Assembly: GCA_052426225.1 (NCBI GenBank)
Contig: JBNJNM010000022.1
Coordinates: 326,290 to 390,289 of the forward strand
Reading direction: 5' to 3'
DNA length: 64,000 nucleotides
Source of the DNA: Zancudomyces culisetae HAW-14-8
Lineage: Eukaryota > Fungi > Kickxellomycota
Part shown: positions 1 through 13,046 of the stretch, piece after piece
How the letters are laid out: the number at the start of each line of letters is the position of its first letter
Numbering within the stretch: position 1 is the first letter of the stretch
Notes under the pieces: generated by a model
The model's database searches: none
What the model was told of the DNA's origin: nothing
What the model saw: the letters and a program-made list of their open reading frames with translations, nothing else
Translations under genes and position numbers: made by a program

Positions 1-1845
1 CAACTCTTCATATGCGTTGACCAGTTCTTTTCCATTAACATATACCTCGAATCGGTTGCAGAATCCCCGCATGATTTCCGACTCCTTGGAAAGTGGCGAT
101 TGTGAGACCGGATGTCCTATCACCACTGTTGGCTGCCTGCTTGTTATCACCTTCTTTTCAATGTATTCTTCAATCACATAGTCAACCAGATCTTCCAAGC
201 GCTGCGCCTTTAGTTCTTGCACCTTGCTGTCCCTATTCTCTTGGCTTGCTGTTCTAGCCGCAATAAACTCTATCAACTCTTCCTTGTTATTTATGATTTC
301 TTTGTATCTTGCAGTTCCAAACACCTTTTCTAGTTCCTTATAGATATATACCCGTTTAAATGGCTTTCCAAAGTCTATTTCCCCATCCTCCTGTATTCCA
401 TTCACTTTTTCTTTGCTAGATTTGTTTTTAGGGTCGCCTTCTTCCACCACAAATTTTGTTGTGTTAAATATATTCTTCATTATCGTTCTCAACAATTCCT
501 CGGTAAATTCTATCAACTCCTCTACATCCGTATACGCCTTGTACATCTCCATTGTGGTAAACTCCGGATTATGTGTTCGATCAGTTCCTTCATTCCTAAA
601 CACTTTGCCAATTTCAAATACTTTGTCAAACCCGCCAACTACCATTTGCTTTAAAAACAGTTCGGGTGCTATTCGCAAACAATAATCTTCTCTTTCTTTT
701 TTCTTTTCACCGAATGCACTGTTTTCTCCATCATTGCCTTCCGCCTTGATTATAAATGGTGTTGCGTTGGCTCCACCCACCCCATTCCAGAGTATAGGTG
801 TCTCCACTTCCATGTACCCTCGCTCATTCATGTACTTGCGTATTTCCCACACGATCCGGCTCCTGATCACCATCCGCTCGCGTGATTTCTGGTTCACCAA
901 AAAATCAACATGTCGATACTGACTGTTCCGCCTCAACCCCGTGTCGCTCAACTTGCTTTTAAATGGAATTGGATGGTAACACGCCGATAGTACCTCAACT
1001 CCTCCCCTTTTCCCTTTTCCTTTTCCTTTCCCTTTCCCTTCTCCTTTTTCTTCTCCTTCCTCTGCTGTGGCGTACAAACTTAGTTCTCCGTTTTTTGTTC
1101 GTGTAATATACCCGCTAACCCGAATTATATCTCCCAACTGCACCTGCTCATTATACTGTTCAATAAACTCACCCAGCGCATCGTTTTCACCCTCCTTTCC
1201 CTTGTTTATCTGCACCCTCTGGTACGAACATACTACCTGAATCTTCTCCCCTTGTTGAACCAAATCGTAGAATATCAGCCGTTTTCCACTTGTCCGCTTT
1301 CCTGCCACCCTACCTATTAAATTTTATTTCACTTTATTTTATTTTGTTTTTCATTTTACTTTTACTTTTACTTGTTCCATCACTCTTAGTTTTATCTAGT
1401 TTTTTATTTTATTACATATTTCGAATAAAAAATATACATTCTCTTAATTACTTGGGTTATATTTACCTTGTATAGTTACAATCATCTGCTCATCAAATCC
1501 GCTTGTCACATTCTGGTATTTTTCTACAAGTGTCCCAATCTCGACCAAGCTAGAAACGGGTTTGTATACTGGGTGCAGCTGTGTTTCCAGCTTTTCAAAG
1601 ATTGGCTGTCGCTTTCTGAGCATGTCTCGACCACTAATGTTCGATGTACTTGCTTTTTCCTTTTCCTTTTCCTCTTTGTTCTCGATTGCTTGTTCTTTAA
1701 GTCTTATTTCTGGTTGTGAACTGATCGATCGTCCGACTTCCAGTTTTTGGCCCACAGACGCCAGTGTTCTGTACCAGGCATTTGCATTTGCATTTGCATT
1801 TCTAGTTGCTCTGCTTATGTTTTTCAACACTGTTTTTCTAAGCAT
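1..1845 (-). CDS. Lysine--tRNA ligase (class II), probably mitochondrial; 3' end runs off the window. Exons 1845-1467 and 1313-<1
   Basis: Manual splice CAAG|GTAAAT (1466) ... TTAATAG| (1314) joins the 133-aa ORF to GRVAGKRTSGKRLIFYDL (OB-fold). It continues to ELFLKQMVVGGFDKVFEIGKVFRNEGTDRTHNPEFTTMEMY (motif 2). The N-terminus is basic and lacks acidic residues, like a mitochondrial presequence. Confidence 0.92.
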
Positions 1846-2438
1846 TGTCTAGTTATATTAAAGTATATAGTTGGAGGTTATAGTGTTTATAATGCTAACA
1901 GTTTTAAAAGATCAATATAAACTAAATTGATAAAAAATAATAATAATAATAAACCAAAATCCATGCCTTGTATTTTAATCTTTTTTTTTTCTTTCCACAC
2001 TTTACTTCCCCCCCCAATCAATAAAAGTAAAAGAAATCTACAAAACTTTTTGATTTATTATGTAGTATAGAGTAAAATGATAAACAAATAAAATCAAGTT
2101 TCTCAGTTACTGTTCGAATCGGGTAGATTGTTTAGGAGAACAACAAGAGTGATTTTGTTGACTCGAGTTCCGATTTCAAGTAACAAGATATATAAATATT
2201 AAATCAAACTATACTTTTCTCCTCCAAGGACATAAAGGAAATCTCACGTTATCACAAACAGTCACAAAACAGATCAACCCAAATACAATTGAACTGCTTT
2301 TTCTTTTTCTTTTTTCTTTCTTTTTTTATCACTGGAAAAGTCTTGTTTATGTACGAGTTTTTACTTTTGGTTTAAATCATTTTTTTTAAATAATAAATCA
2401 ACAAAAGAATGTTAAAAAATAAATATAATGAAAAAAAG

Positions 2439-2888
2439 CTACTTTTTATTTCCATTAACCATCCTTAGAAATTCGTCATAAGCAAGTGAACCATCGCCTC
2501 TGACATTGTTACTTTTGATAACTTCATCGATGGTCTCATCGGAAATATCGACCCCTAATGTATTCAACAGCATCCTAAACCTCCCAAGTGATATCCTGCT
2601 GCATTCATCCTTGAAAATCCCAAATACACATCTGTGTAAAGCTTGACCACTGTAATGTGCTCTTTTGCGCATGATCATAGCTACAAACTCTTCAAAGTTC
2701 ATAGTTTCTGCGCCATTATTGTTAGCCTTGATCATCTGAAGCAGAGTGTTCTCTGAAACTTTCACGTCAAATATCTCCATAAGCGAGAACAGACCTTTAG
2801 CTGTGATGTAACCAGAACCCCCAACTTCGAAAATACGGAAAACTTCCCAATATTTAGCAACCTCCTCCGGAGTTACGTATTCCTCCAT
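2439..2888 (-). CDS. Calmodulin-like EF-hand protein with degenerate loops (149 aa, intronless)
   Basis: Calmodulin length and spacing: FRIFEVGGSGYITAKGL, NNNGAETMNFEEFVAMI, NVRGDGSLAYDEFLRM. Confidence 0.85.
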   Translation of the reverse strand: MEEYVTPEEVAKYWEVFRIFEVGGSGYITAKGLFSLMEIFDVKVSENTLLQMIKANNNGAETMNFEEFVAMIMRKRAHYSGQALHRCVFGIFKDECSRISLGRFRMLLNTLGVDISDETIDEVIKSNNVRGDGSLAYDEFLRMVNGNKK

Positions 2889-3453
2889 TTTAGAAACTTT
2901 AAACTTTTAGGTGTGTATGTATGTTTGTTTACGTGTCTGTGTGTTAGTGTGTATGTGTGCAATTTTGTTTTTTTTTTACCACTTGGCGATAAACTTCAGT
3001 TTATATACTCGGAGTACAGTTTCTTATTATTATTTTTTACTTTTTGTGATCGATTCTTTTTTTTTTTGCTTTTGTTTTTAGCTACCAAACCTAAAAGCAT
3101 TATTTCCCCTTCGTCCTTTCCCCCTTTCCCCCCCCCCCCCCCCCCTCTTCGCTATGCTTCTCATTTTTTTTTTCTGTTCTCCACTATAACAAACTTATTT
3201 TTCCTTTATAAGGTTTTGATCATCACAAGATTGAAACCTTTATTATTATTATTATTATTTTCCTTTTTAAAAAGATAAATATCATTTCGTTTTACAAAAA
3301 CGGAAATTAAAATTACTCGGCGAGCCACTAAAAAAAAAAAAAGTAAACTAAACCTGTAATCTTTTTCTCTTTTTCTTTTCTTTCTTTCCATTCTTAAACA
3401 CTTCTTTATGCATAGTTTTATCGATAACGACGCATAAAATATTATTGACAAAA

Positions 3454-4759
3454 ATGGACAGGATTTTGGCCAAATTCTCACAACAGAGACTTTTCCTAGT
3501 CGCTCGACTCCGTACATTTTCATCAGGTACGACAATTAACAGTGGGAGTGCAAACATCAGTACTAGCCGAAAGAAAATCCTGGCAAAACTACAATCATTA
3601 AACTCACAAGGTGTTGAGAGTGGTGCCCAGAACCTCATTCCGCTTTATTCCAGTTCGAAAAACAGTATAAAACCGCGAAACGTCTTGATATTATCGTTGG
3701 CTCAATTGCTTATTTGGCTTAATTTGGCAGACATTGCATTAAGGTATTGCCCTATTTTAGTTTTCTTCTCCTGTTACGCACCCCCCTTTTTTTTTGTTTT
3801 CTTGCATATATTTGTCTCTAATATTCTATTTGCCAGTTTCGTTTACTAACACATCTGCTATTTTGGAATTTGTCGTGATTTTACCGAAATGGTACCAATA
3901 GGGGCATAGAATCTAGCAAAGATGAGCGCGTGACAATTAGCGAAGCTTCTAGTGACAATATTGGCACCGACAATATCCAAAGTGTTGGTGCTGGTACCAA
4001 CATGCAAGAAAACCGGTTTGGTAGTGAAAACGAAGGGTTGACTTTGCAGTCCGATTCGAACTGGAAAGATATGTTGGTTGGGGCTGGTATCATGGCTTTC
4101 GGAGTGTCCCTTTCGACTCTTATTTTATTCTATGGAACAAGGTAAGCACGTTTCACAGTTTTCTTTCCCTTTCCCTTTTCCTTTCCTCGTTTTTTACTCT
4201 TTTTATTTTCTTGTATTTTCCATTATATTTCCTCTTTCTCCACATTTACTCGTCTATATAATCATTCACCTTGGCACTATTTTGAAAAGTATGTTTATTT
4301 ATACCAACTATTTAACCGCCTTTTTATGGATAATAGATGCTGCAAAAGTGTACAAATTGTCAATAACGGCAGATCGCTCTTGATTAATCGGTACAATATC
4401 CGAGCATTCTTTGATTTTCTTCCGTTTTCTGGTAACAAGTCAATAGTAACAAGTGAGGTTATAAACATTGAGCAGGCATACAGTGCATCTAAGCTTTATA
4501 CAGGAAAAGGTTGGTATCATAAATCTATATTTTTTTTTAACACCCAAAAAAGCAGATGTAGCTAACGTAGCTATCGGTTATAGGAAACAACAAAATGTCT
4601 GATGGACTAAATAACCAGTACATCGTTTACCGCGGCACGCATGCTGAAAATCAAAAAAAGGACAAGGGAACATTTGGTTATGTACTAGACCGGAGAGGCC
4701 AGTTTTATTTGGATACTAATATTATAGATACAATCTTTTACCGTAACTTTAAAAAATAA
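3454..4759 (+). CDS. TMEM223/Mrx15-like mitochondrial inner-membrane protein, 4 exons (3454-3743, 3902-4141, 4337-4509, 4584-4759)
   Basis: Three GT-AG introns, with TACTAAC (3844) and GCTAAC (4561) branch sites, give one open frame. It encodes a presequence, two hydrophobic segments (VLILSLAQLLIWLNLA; LVGAGIMAFGVSLSTLILFYG) and a C-terminal YVLDRRGQFYLDTNIIDTIF resembling the TMEM223 FLLDKTGHF..LFDNTV tail. Confidence 0.75.
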
Positions 4760-4790
4760 GCGTAATAATAAACAACTGAGGCAAAAAACC

Positions 4791-4817
4791 AGAAACTAGA
4801 AACTAGAAACTAGAAAC
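4791..4817. repeat. Short tandem repeat (AGAAACT)x~4 between convergent 3' ends
   Basis: agaaactagaaactagaaactagaaac. Confidence 0.8.
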
Positions 4818-4842
4818 CGGATGCCACAAATCAAAAACATGC

Positions 4843-7800
4843 TCAACAAGCTTCGACTATTGACATTCCATTCCGGAACCTGACACGAAACAAAACATTG
4901 GCGTTGTTAAACATGCCTTCTTTCAGACTAACCACAATAAACTGGGAACCCTTAAAGCGAGTTCTGAACAGCCGCCCAATGTTCTGTGTATGTGATAAAT
5001 CAAGTGCCGCATCGATTTCATCAAGAATGTACATTGGCGCAGGCTTGAACTGCAAAAGTGACAGAATCAATGACAATGCAATCAGCGACCGTTGACCACC
5101 AGACAACTCGGCAAGCGAATTCCGCCAAATATCACCAAGACTGACCTTAATGCTCAATCCTTCAGTTATATTGTCTGGGTTGATTGGGTCGAGCCGCGCT
5201 GTATTTCCAGGAAGTAGTTCGGCAAAGATCCCACCAAAATCGACGTTTACTTGTCCAAATGTCTTGGTCAGCGCATCATATTTGTACTTCTCCAGCGTCT
5301 TGATAGTCTCTTCAATCTTGCGCTTGTCCTTCAACACGGTTTTGAGTTTCTGCTTCAACGACTGCTCGCGTTTCTCCACATTTTCGATATTTGCCAGTAC
5401 TGACGTGTTTGTCGTCTTGCGAAGAACTGCCAACCGTTCCGAAATCAGTCGCAGGTTGCGTGCTGCTGCTGCTGGATCCAGATTTGCAAAGTCAAACGCA
5501 CCACCCGGAACTCCAAATAGATCTTTCTGGTCGTTCAGCCATGCGTTGCGTTCGTTCAGCTCATCCATTGACCGCTGTGCTTTTGCATATACTGATTTCA
5601 GCCGGTCCAAATCGTGTTTGAGTTGCTGTTCACTCAGCTGTAGCGTTACCAATTCGCTTTGCTTCTGCTTCAACAGCTGATCCAGCTCCTCCAGCTCTCG
5701 GCTACGTCCTGCAATCTCCCGGTGCATTGCACTGAGCTCATCATATCCCACATCATACTGCTCCTGAAGGTCGGTTAGCTTGATGTTTAGGCTTGCAATA
5801 CTACTGGTCAGCTGTTCAATGTTTTTTTTTGTGTTCTCTAGTTGCTTTCCCAGCTGCTCAACCTCAGTGCACGCCTCCTCAAGTTTCAGCTGTGTTTTCT
5901 GAGCTCTTTTCTGATGCGCTCTAGACAAGCTGAGAAGCTTGGGCACAACCACGCTTTGTTGCTCCTTAAGCTTACTTTTGAGTTCCCGTAGCTTACCATC
6001 TTTGTCACGTCCAAACTCCTTCATGTCCTTTTCAATCTGCTTAATTGAGTGGCGACACTTTTCTTGCTGCTCCAACGCCTCTATCTCTGCTTTCTGCGCT
6101 GCCTCAATCTCTTTTTGGATTTCGGCAACTCGACTTTTGATCTTTCCAGTTCTGCTGCTCTTTTCCAACTGTTGTATCACTGTTTGAAGTGCATATTGAT
6201 CCACCTCTAGTATCTTTGCGATCTGTTCATGTCTGGCCTTTATTTGCTGCAGCGATTCAAGATCACCACTAATCGCTTTTATCTCTTTGTCAATTGCTTC
6301 ACCTTGCCGCTTTGCTTCTGCAGCCTTCAGCATTTTCAGCAGTATTCCAGAATTTGCTGGTTTAGATCCTCCTTGTAATGTGCCTGATGGGTCATACACA
6401 TCTCCTTCATATGTCACTGCTCTGATCCTGATACTCTTGTTAAATGCAACCCGTTTGGCCGTCTCCGTATCTGGACATACCATTGTATTTCCAAACACAT
6501 ACTGCATTGCTGCATGTACCTGTGGACTATACTCGACCAAATCCAGTGCTAACCGTGCCTTCCCCTCTGTAATATGCGCCGCTATACCCACTTCCTTCTC
6601 ACCTGCGACTGCTCCTCTGATTTTATTCAATGGAATGAATGTCACACGCCTTTTCAACCGCCCATGCTCAAGCAACTTTGCCGCTGTTGTATCTGAATCC
6701 ACCACCACGTTCATCAACCGGCCTCCTGCTGTTATTTCTAGCGCATTTATCGCATCCATATTGCTTGGGTCTACTCGTATCAGTTGTGCTATACTACCAT
6801 ACACTTTGCGTCGATCAAACCCAGGTTCTGGATCGCTGTACTCAAACTCTGCCCCTGTCCACTCTCCTGCTCTGTTTCTTCGTAATTCGCTTTGTTGTCG
6901 CTTCAGTTGTCCCACTTTTTCCATAACTTGGCTGTATATCTGCCCATTAAATCCCACTTTTGAAAGTTCTTCAGTTCTTCTCGCTACCCTCTCTTCCAAA
7001 TCACTCTTTTTCCTCATCATCCCTTCGTCTTCTTTTTCTGCACCACCCAGCTTCTCTAACAACTCTTTTTCTTCATCCTTCAGCATTCGCTTCTTTACAC
7101 GACTTTGTTCCACAACCGTTAGGCTTTGTGCCTCCTGCTTCTTTGCTTTCGCAAGCTGTTGCATGTATCCTCCACCTCCACCCCCCTCCTCGCCTTCGTC
7201 GGCTGCCACTCCTGTTGACAGTGATTGAATCAATTCCTCCAGACGCTTTGTCTCTTCAACAGCCTCATCAGCCTGCTTTTTGGCATTTTCGTACTCTTTT
7301 TGCTCCCCTTTATTTTCTTCTGTCACACTTTCCTTGATTTCTTCCACCTTTTGGATTTCACCTTCTATTCTCTTTGCATTTTCCGTCTCTTCTTCCACTG
7401 TTTTCTCCTGGATTTCCTGTTTTGTCTTGATTTTCACCACCTCTTTGCTTAATTCATCCACTCTCTTTTGAAGCTCTGCCATCTCCTTGCTCTTTTTTTT
7501 CCTTTCGCGACTATCTACATCCTGATTATTCTTGTGTATATGTGCTATTTCCCCCGTAATTGTCTCTATATTTTCTTTTACCTCCCCATACTCTCCTTCT
7601 TTTGTCTCTATTATTTTTTTACTTTCCTCAAGCCTCTGCATTCCCTTTGTATACTCATACGCTGCTACTATCCTACTTAGCCGCTCTTGTTCCATATTTA
7701 TTTTTTGATACTCCAAAAACCCTTCTTTTTCTCGCCTCAATTGCTCAAACTTTGGATTGATCTCTTCCCTCAAGATCTGCTGTATTTCATCTATCTTCCT

Positions 7801-8587
7801 GTCCTTTTTCTCTATCGTGCTTATCGCCTTTTCTTTACGTTCCTCAAACATTCTTGTTCCTGCTGCCTCTTCTATCATCGATAATATCTCCATTGGTTGC
7901 ATATTCAGAACTTTTGTAATTCTTCCCTGCATAATCAAAAAATGTGGATTGTTTATATTCAACTGAACTGCCTGTAACATGTTTGCCACGGTTTGCTCTT
8001 GTGCATTATGACCATTGATCATATATTTATTTTTCCCGCCCACCATTATCTATGCACAAGTTTATGCAATTTTAGTTTTTTTTTCTCCCAGATTTCTAAT
8101 AATCCTTTTCTGTTCTTACCTGTCTAGTCAGCGTAATCTGATTAAAACTTTCGTACCCGGGTGGACTGGTGTTTTTGTCGCTGTTGTTGAACACCAATGT
8201 CACCGAAGCTTTGGAAATTCCCGCCTGTCCTTTTTTATAAATCAGATCCATAATATTGCTTGATCGTAGCTAAATATTTAGTATTTAGGTATTCATTCAA
8301 CAATCAGTGGTTCAACGTGGCTTTACAATTGATGAGTTTATTTATATATATTTTTATACCTATCGTTTTTTCAACAAAAATATATAGAATATGACTATTC
8401 AAATAAGCATTTTACTTACCAATCTGTAGTTTTTGATCCCAAGTACAAAACAGAATGCATCCAAAATATTAGATTTCCCAGATCCATTCAGCCCCGTGAT
8501 CGCATTGAACTCTGCATCCCATCCTTTTATGTGCGTTCGGGAGGCATACGACTTGAAGCCATCAATTATAAGCTCTTCCACCCTCAT
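4843..8587 (-). CDS. SMC2: Condensin ATPase subunit SMC2, 3 exons (8587-8420, 8269-8120, 8049-4843), ~1174 aa
   Basis: [14 protein letters not shown], Walker [33 protein letters not shown], hinge [11 protein letters not shown], signature LSGGQ and Walker [20 protein letters not shown]. Canonical splice sites are in frame. Confidence 0.97.
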
Positions 8588-9124
8588 TTCTCCATTCGGT
8601 TTTATTTTATTTACCTAATTTTTTTAATCTGGATAAAACACATATGTTGTTAGATAGTTTGAGAGGAGTTGATCTATACAATTACACTTTTTTTTTGCTA
8701 CTTGACTAATATTTTATCCGGCTATTTTTATAAATATTTATTTCTGAAATGTAAATAAACATAGCGAATAAATAGTTAGTATGTGTCAAGGCTTTGTTTT
8801 GAATTGAATTTTGTGCATCTCCATTTGATTTAGCACTTTTTATTTGGTAACATGCTATTGAAATTTTGATATGAAGGTTTATATCTTTTTTTTATGGTCA
8901 GTTGTACTTATTCGACTTTACTGGTGCTTAATGCACAGACTAATAAAAAAAGCGAGACCAAAGAAATTAATATTTCTTTAGACTCTTTTCATATTTATTT
9001 TGTATACCGAACGTTCCTCTTGACTCGTTCCAAAGATAGCATTTATAACCTCAACAACGGTCTTGCTAATGTAACCTATAAATCAAATGCTTTATTGTTA
9101 CAGGGTTATGTCTAAAGAAGATTT

Positions 9125-10411
9125 CTAATAAATTATTATGCCACTTTTTGCATATCTATTACGATAAAAAACTAGACATCCAAGTGAAAGCCCCAGAATT
9201 ATGGATACAGCAGTTTGAACAATATCGCTCAATATATACATAACTCTCTGGGTTGACAACTCCTCCGTAAATTTAGATACACTTAAGCTTCCTGGTAGTA
9301 CCAGCACCATGCTTGGATATAGATAAATTATTGTTGCTGTTTTGGTTATGGTGCTTGTAATGTTAGACAGCACTGAAATAACGAATGCTAGTAAAGCGGT
9401 TACTGCATACTCTTCATCAGTTCTTTCTAGTATGAGTTGTTTGGCCAGGTATGCGCATGAAAACAATACTGTTATTATGGAAATTTTTTTGTAGCTAACT
9501 CTTGTGGATATACACGTCGTTACAATAGCTACAGGAATAAACAAAAAACACCATGGATTTCCCAGCGTATCAGAGTATGGTCCTGTAGTAGGTCCTGATG
9601 AAAAATCTTTTTGTGTAATGTAGCGTGTAAAGTTAGTGCCCACCGTGATCCCCATTGCCAAAGTTAGTGCCAATCCTAGTCCATACATCAAGTCTTGCAT
9701 CCCTGATATGTAATTCTTACTTAAGGTATCTACAACTCCTACGAGTATATATCGTCCAGGCAATTGTACTGTAATGGAACCAAATATAACAGGTGAGGGA
9801 TGTAGATATCCAGATAAGAGTGACACTACAACCCCACTTATTACACCAGCTAGAAGGTTTGTAATGAACTTAATCCCATTAAATTTTGCTGCATATCGAC
9901 ATACAACGTTTACTACTAACCCAACAGAAAATGCCGCTATTAGATCCAGCCATGAACACTTATACATATATGCCATGGATGTACATCTCAGTCCTTCAGA
10001 TAAAACCTCAAACCAAGTTGGATATACTTGTTTCAACTGATTAATTTTGTATAGCTCACTCATCGCTTCGCTTATGTCTATTTTATCTCCAAGTACATCA
10101 TAATACAAATCTATTGCAAGCTCCAGTTTGAATAAATTTACGGTGGTGGTCACCTGTGTGAGGATTCCATCTCTTTCATTTGACTGTCCCTCAAGTCTAA
10201 CAAAATAAAAAATTACACCCGGGATCAACACCATTTCTACATCCAATTCAAGAAATCGAGTCAGAGGCTTCATTGACTGTTCAAAATTACTAATGGGTGC
10301 CCCAAAACACCTTAGTTGTTTGCTCATTTCCAAGAAAAAGCGCGCTTTAACCTTATGATCAGCATTTCGATTGCGAGACGATAGCCAGCTTTTTGGAGGA
10401 TTGTCACTCAT
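9125..10411 (-). CDS. Prm10/ThrE-family (putative threonine/serine exporter-like) membrane protein, short form
   Basis: FFLEMSKQLRCFGAP..E, VNLFKLE, YPTW and ~10 hydrophobic segments, plus LPGR and VLVLPGSL motifs. First ATG is at 10411; the ORF-track start is a TTG. Confidence 0.85.
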   Translation of the reverse strand: MSDNPPKSWLSSRNRNADHKVKARFFLEMSKQLRCFGAPISNFEQSMKPLTRFLELDVEMVLIPGVIFYFVRLEGQSNERDGILTQVTTTVNLFKLELAIDLYYDVLGDKIDISEAMSELYKINQLKQVYPTWFEVLSEGLRCTSMAYMYKCSWLDLIAAFSVGLVVNVVCRYAAKFNGIKFITNLLAGVISGVVVSLLSGYLHPSPVIFGSITVQLPGRYILVGVVDTLSKNYISGMQDLMYGLGLALTLAMGITVGTNFTRYITQKDFSSGPTTGPYSDTLGNPWCFLFIPVAIVTTCISTRVSYKKISIITVLFSCAYLAKQLILERTDEEYAVTALLAFVISVLSNITSTITKTATIIYLYPSMVLVLPGSLSVSKFTEELSTQRVMYILSDIVQTAVSIILGLSLGCLVFYRNRYAKSGIIIY

Positions 10412-13046
10412 ATTTTGAAACTTTGCCTGTCGCCAGTTCAATTTTTTTTTTTGATTTCTACCTGTATTTTCTGTTTAGATGTTTTATAAACTTAGAGTTC
10501 ATGCCTTCTCTAATACTTATAAACCAAAAAGTGTTTTAATAACTAGTATTACTTCTATTGTTTATATATAACTGCTACGTTAAAAAAAGGTTTTAACAAC
10601 TTGTATTTCATTTATCTCTTCCCATTCGATATTCTATTCTTCATAAAAATACCTTTTACTATAGCTCAATTTCCCTTTATTCTATACCATCGTTCTTCCA
10701 ACAGCGATAGTTGCAGGTTCATATTTTGACCTGGCTTTAGTGATATGTGCACTTTCAAGCCTTAGAACACCAAAACACCTAAATCAAATCAAATCAATAA
10801 TTTAATTAAATTGGTTGTTATTGTTGTATTTTAATATGAATTTATTTAAACTCGATAATAAAACGCTAGTTTACAATAGTAAATGAGTATGATCAAAGTG
10901 TAGAAATATATTCAAGTAATTTTTTATTATTTTTTAATTAAATTAGCACTTTAAGCTTATTTCTGTTTTGGGAGGCTTTAATACCCAAAAAAAAATACTT
11001 CAGTACAACCAAAAAAATATCCTAACACTTTATTGTTTGTCACCATATGATTACTGATTTAATACTCTTCATTTGTACATTTGCAAACCCCAACACAAAA
11101 CCATGTTGGGGCGGGATAGGGGGGGGGGTGAGCAATGCATATATTTGTTTTCTATCTAAGAATCTATACCTGATTTTGTTATTGGTACTTTTAACATTGC
11201 CTTCAAAATACCCCAACCATGCGTATCAGCCGGAACTGCCAACATTTTTACGTTATTTTATAAACTTCTTGCCTATACATATGTTTCATACACTTTCTTT
11301 TATCCGAGCCGTAAATTGCTTTATAAACCACCTTCTTCAACTGGCGCTTTACACTGGGGAATTACAGGATTCAGGATGGATGGTTTTTAGGTATTACATA
11401 TCGATAATCATTTGATAAGATATTAATTTAAGTTTGATCTAATCTAGGCAATTTACATTAATAATACACTACATCCTTCCGCACCTCTCCCCTTTCTGGA
11501 AAGCTGGTTTGCATTGGTCACCGATCTTACCAGATAAAGATATATTTATTGATAGCCTTCGATTAGCTTTTTCCATATTTTTATATTTGGACCTTAATAG
11601 CCCTAACTTACAGGTCGTAAAAAACCAGACTATGATAATTTACACTACCTTTTAAACACTCTAATGATACGTGTTACTATTTTTCTTATTGGCAGATGAC
11701 CTTTTTTGGGTAGCAACACGAGACTGAAGAACACTAATCTTCCGTACAAATTTATCTACTCAATAACTTGTCTTTTCACATTTAAAAAACCGAAAAGCTG
11801 GAATATCAAATACAAACAAGTAACAGAGTCGTTTTTTACAACCTGATAGCCTGCTTTGCATATTACACCACTGCGTATTTGTTTACTGTGTTTTTTTATT
11901 AGTTTTATAAAGGCTTATATTTTAAGTTGATCCTATTAGTAATTGCAAACATTGAAGCACTAAATCTAAAACCAATTTTCACAGTACGGGCTGTTTGCCA
12001 ACAAACCCTAGTATATACCAAAACTTAGACACCTGTCATACATTGTTTTAGAGGGGTTTTCTACTTTAAAATTCCGCAACTTTATTCCCGTGCTAGAATC
12101 TCAAGTATAGAGCACTTCCACTTTGTTTTTGTTCTATCACAGCTAATAATATTCGGATATATTGCTCGGGATGGACTGTGTCTTAATTCTCCGCATAGCC
12201 ATCAAATTTCTGCACTATACAATTTGTGATTGTGCATACATAACTAAACAGTTGCCACTCCCAAAACAGGGGACAAAAAAAATTTTTTTTCTTCTTACAT
12301 CCAATATAAAGGAGAGCGAAATGGTTTGTACAAAAGAGTCTAATTAGTACTTTTATAAGCAATTGTAAAGTATTAATCCTGAGGATACCGAGAGTGCCTA
12401 GTATTGATTTAATGAAAAAACCTGAATCAATAACTTTTGCTCAAAATAATCCGGTGTGTGCAATAAATGCTCTAGCAAACAACAATTTGATCTTAGAGTT
12501 TTGTTTTTGCTATAATTTATCAAAAGCTTCATATTCAACTAAAATTATAATATCAGGGAGTGGGGATTATTTTTTGAATCAAATATCAAGGTAGTTATTA
12601 CTCAGAAATAAAAGAAGTCGATTTCTATGCAATTTTTAAAGTAAAGTATCAATTTCAACTATACTACAAAGGCAAGTATAGATAGTTGGTAAGCGTATAC
12701 ATTAATATTATCGAGTAGCAAGAATTCTCGAGAATATAGCGTAAATGGTAACAAACATTTGTTTCGTTTTATAAGGTATTCAGTTACAATCAAAAAACAA
12801 AAGAAGTAAGATAAATCAGCTGATTTGTGTGCTAATAAGGGGAAAAAATAGCCTCAATAGTCTCAGTAGCTGTTTTAACAGTACATAGGTAGAAGCACTA
12901 GACGTCAATACCGCTCATCTCAATTTAAGTATATTCGTACCACCAAAACTATATTTTTTTTGCCGAGTTCAGTAAATGCTCATAGAATAGCAGACGTTAT
13001 TTCTTATAGCTGCAAATAAACTGGATTGAGAACTAAAATCAACAAA

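Noticed and set aside
2105-2130. GTTCGAATC T-loop-like motif (also GGTTCAAATC at ~27526)
   Set aside because: No acceptor stem, D-arm or anticodon arm could be folded, so it is not called a tRNA.
2913-3638. Overlapping F/L/K-rich ORFs between the calmodulin-like gene and the TMEM223-like gene
   Set aside because: Translations of homopolymer-rich promoter DNA or antisense to the real exon.
4898-7966. Long plus-strand ORFs, including 313 aa at 6287-7228
   Set aside because: Antisense shadows of the SMC2 coiled-coil coding sequence.
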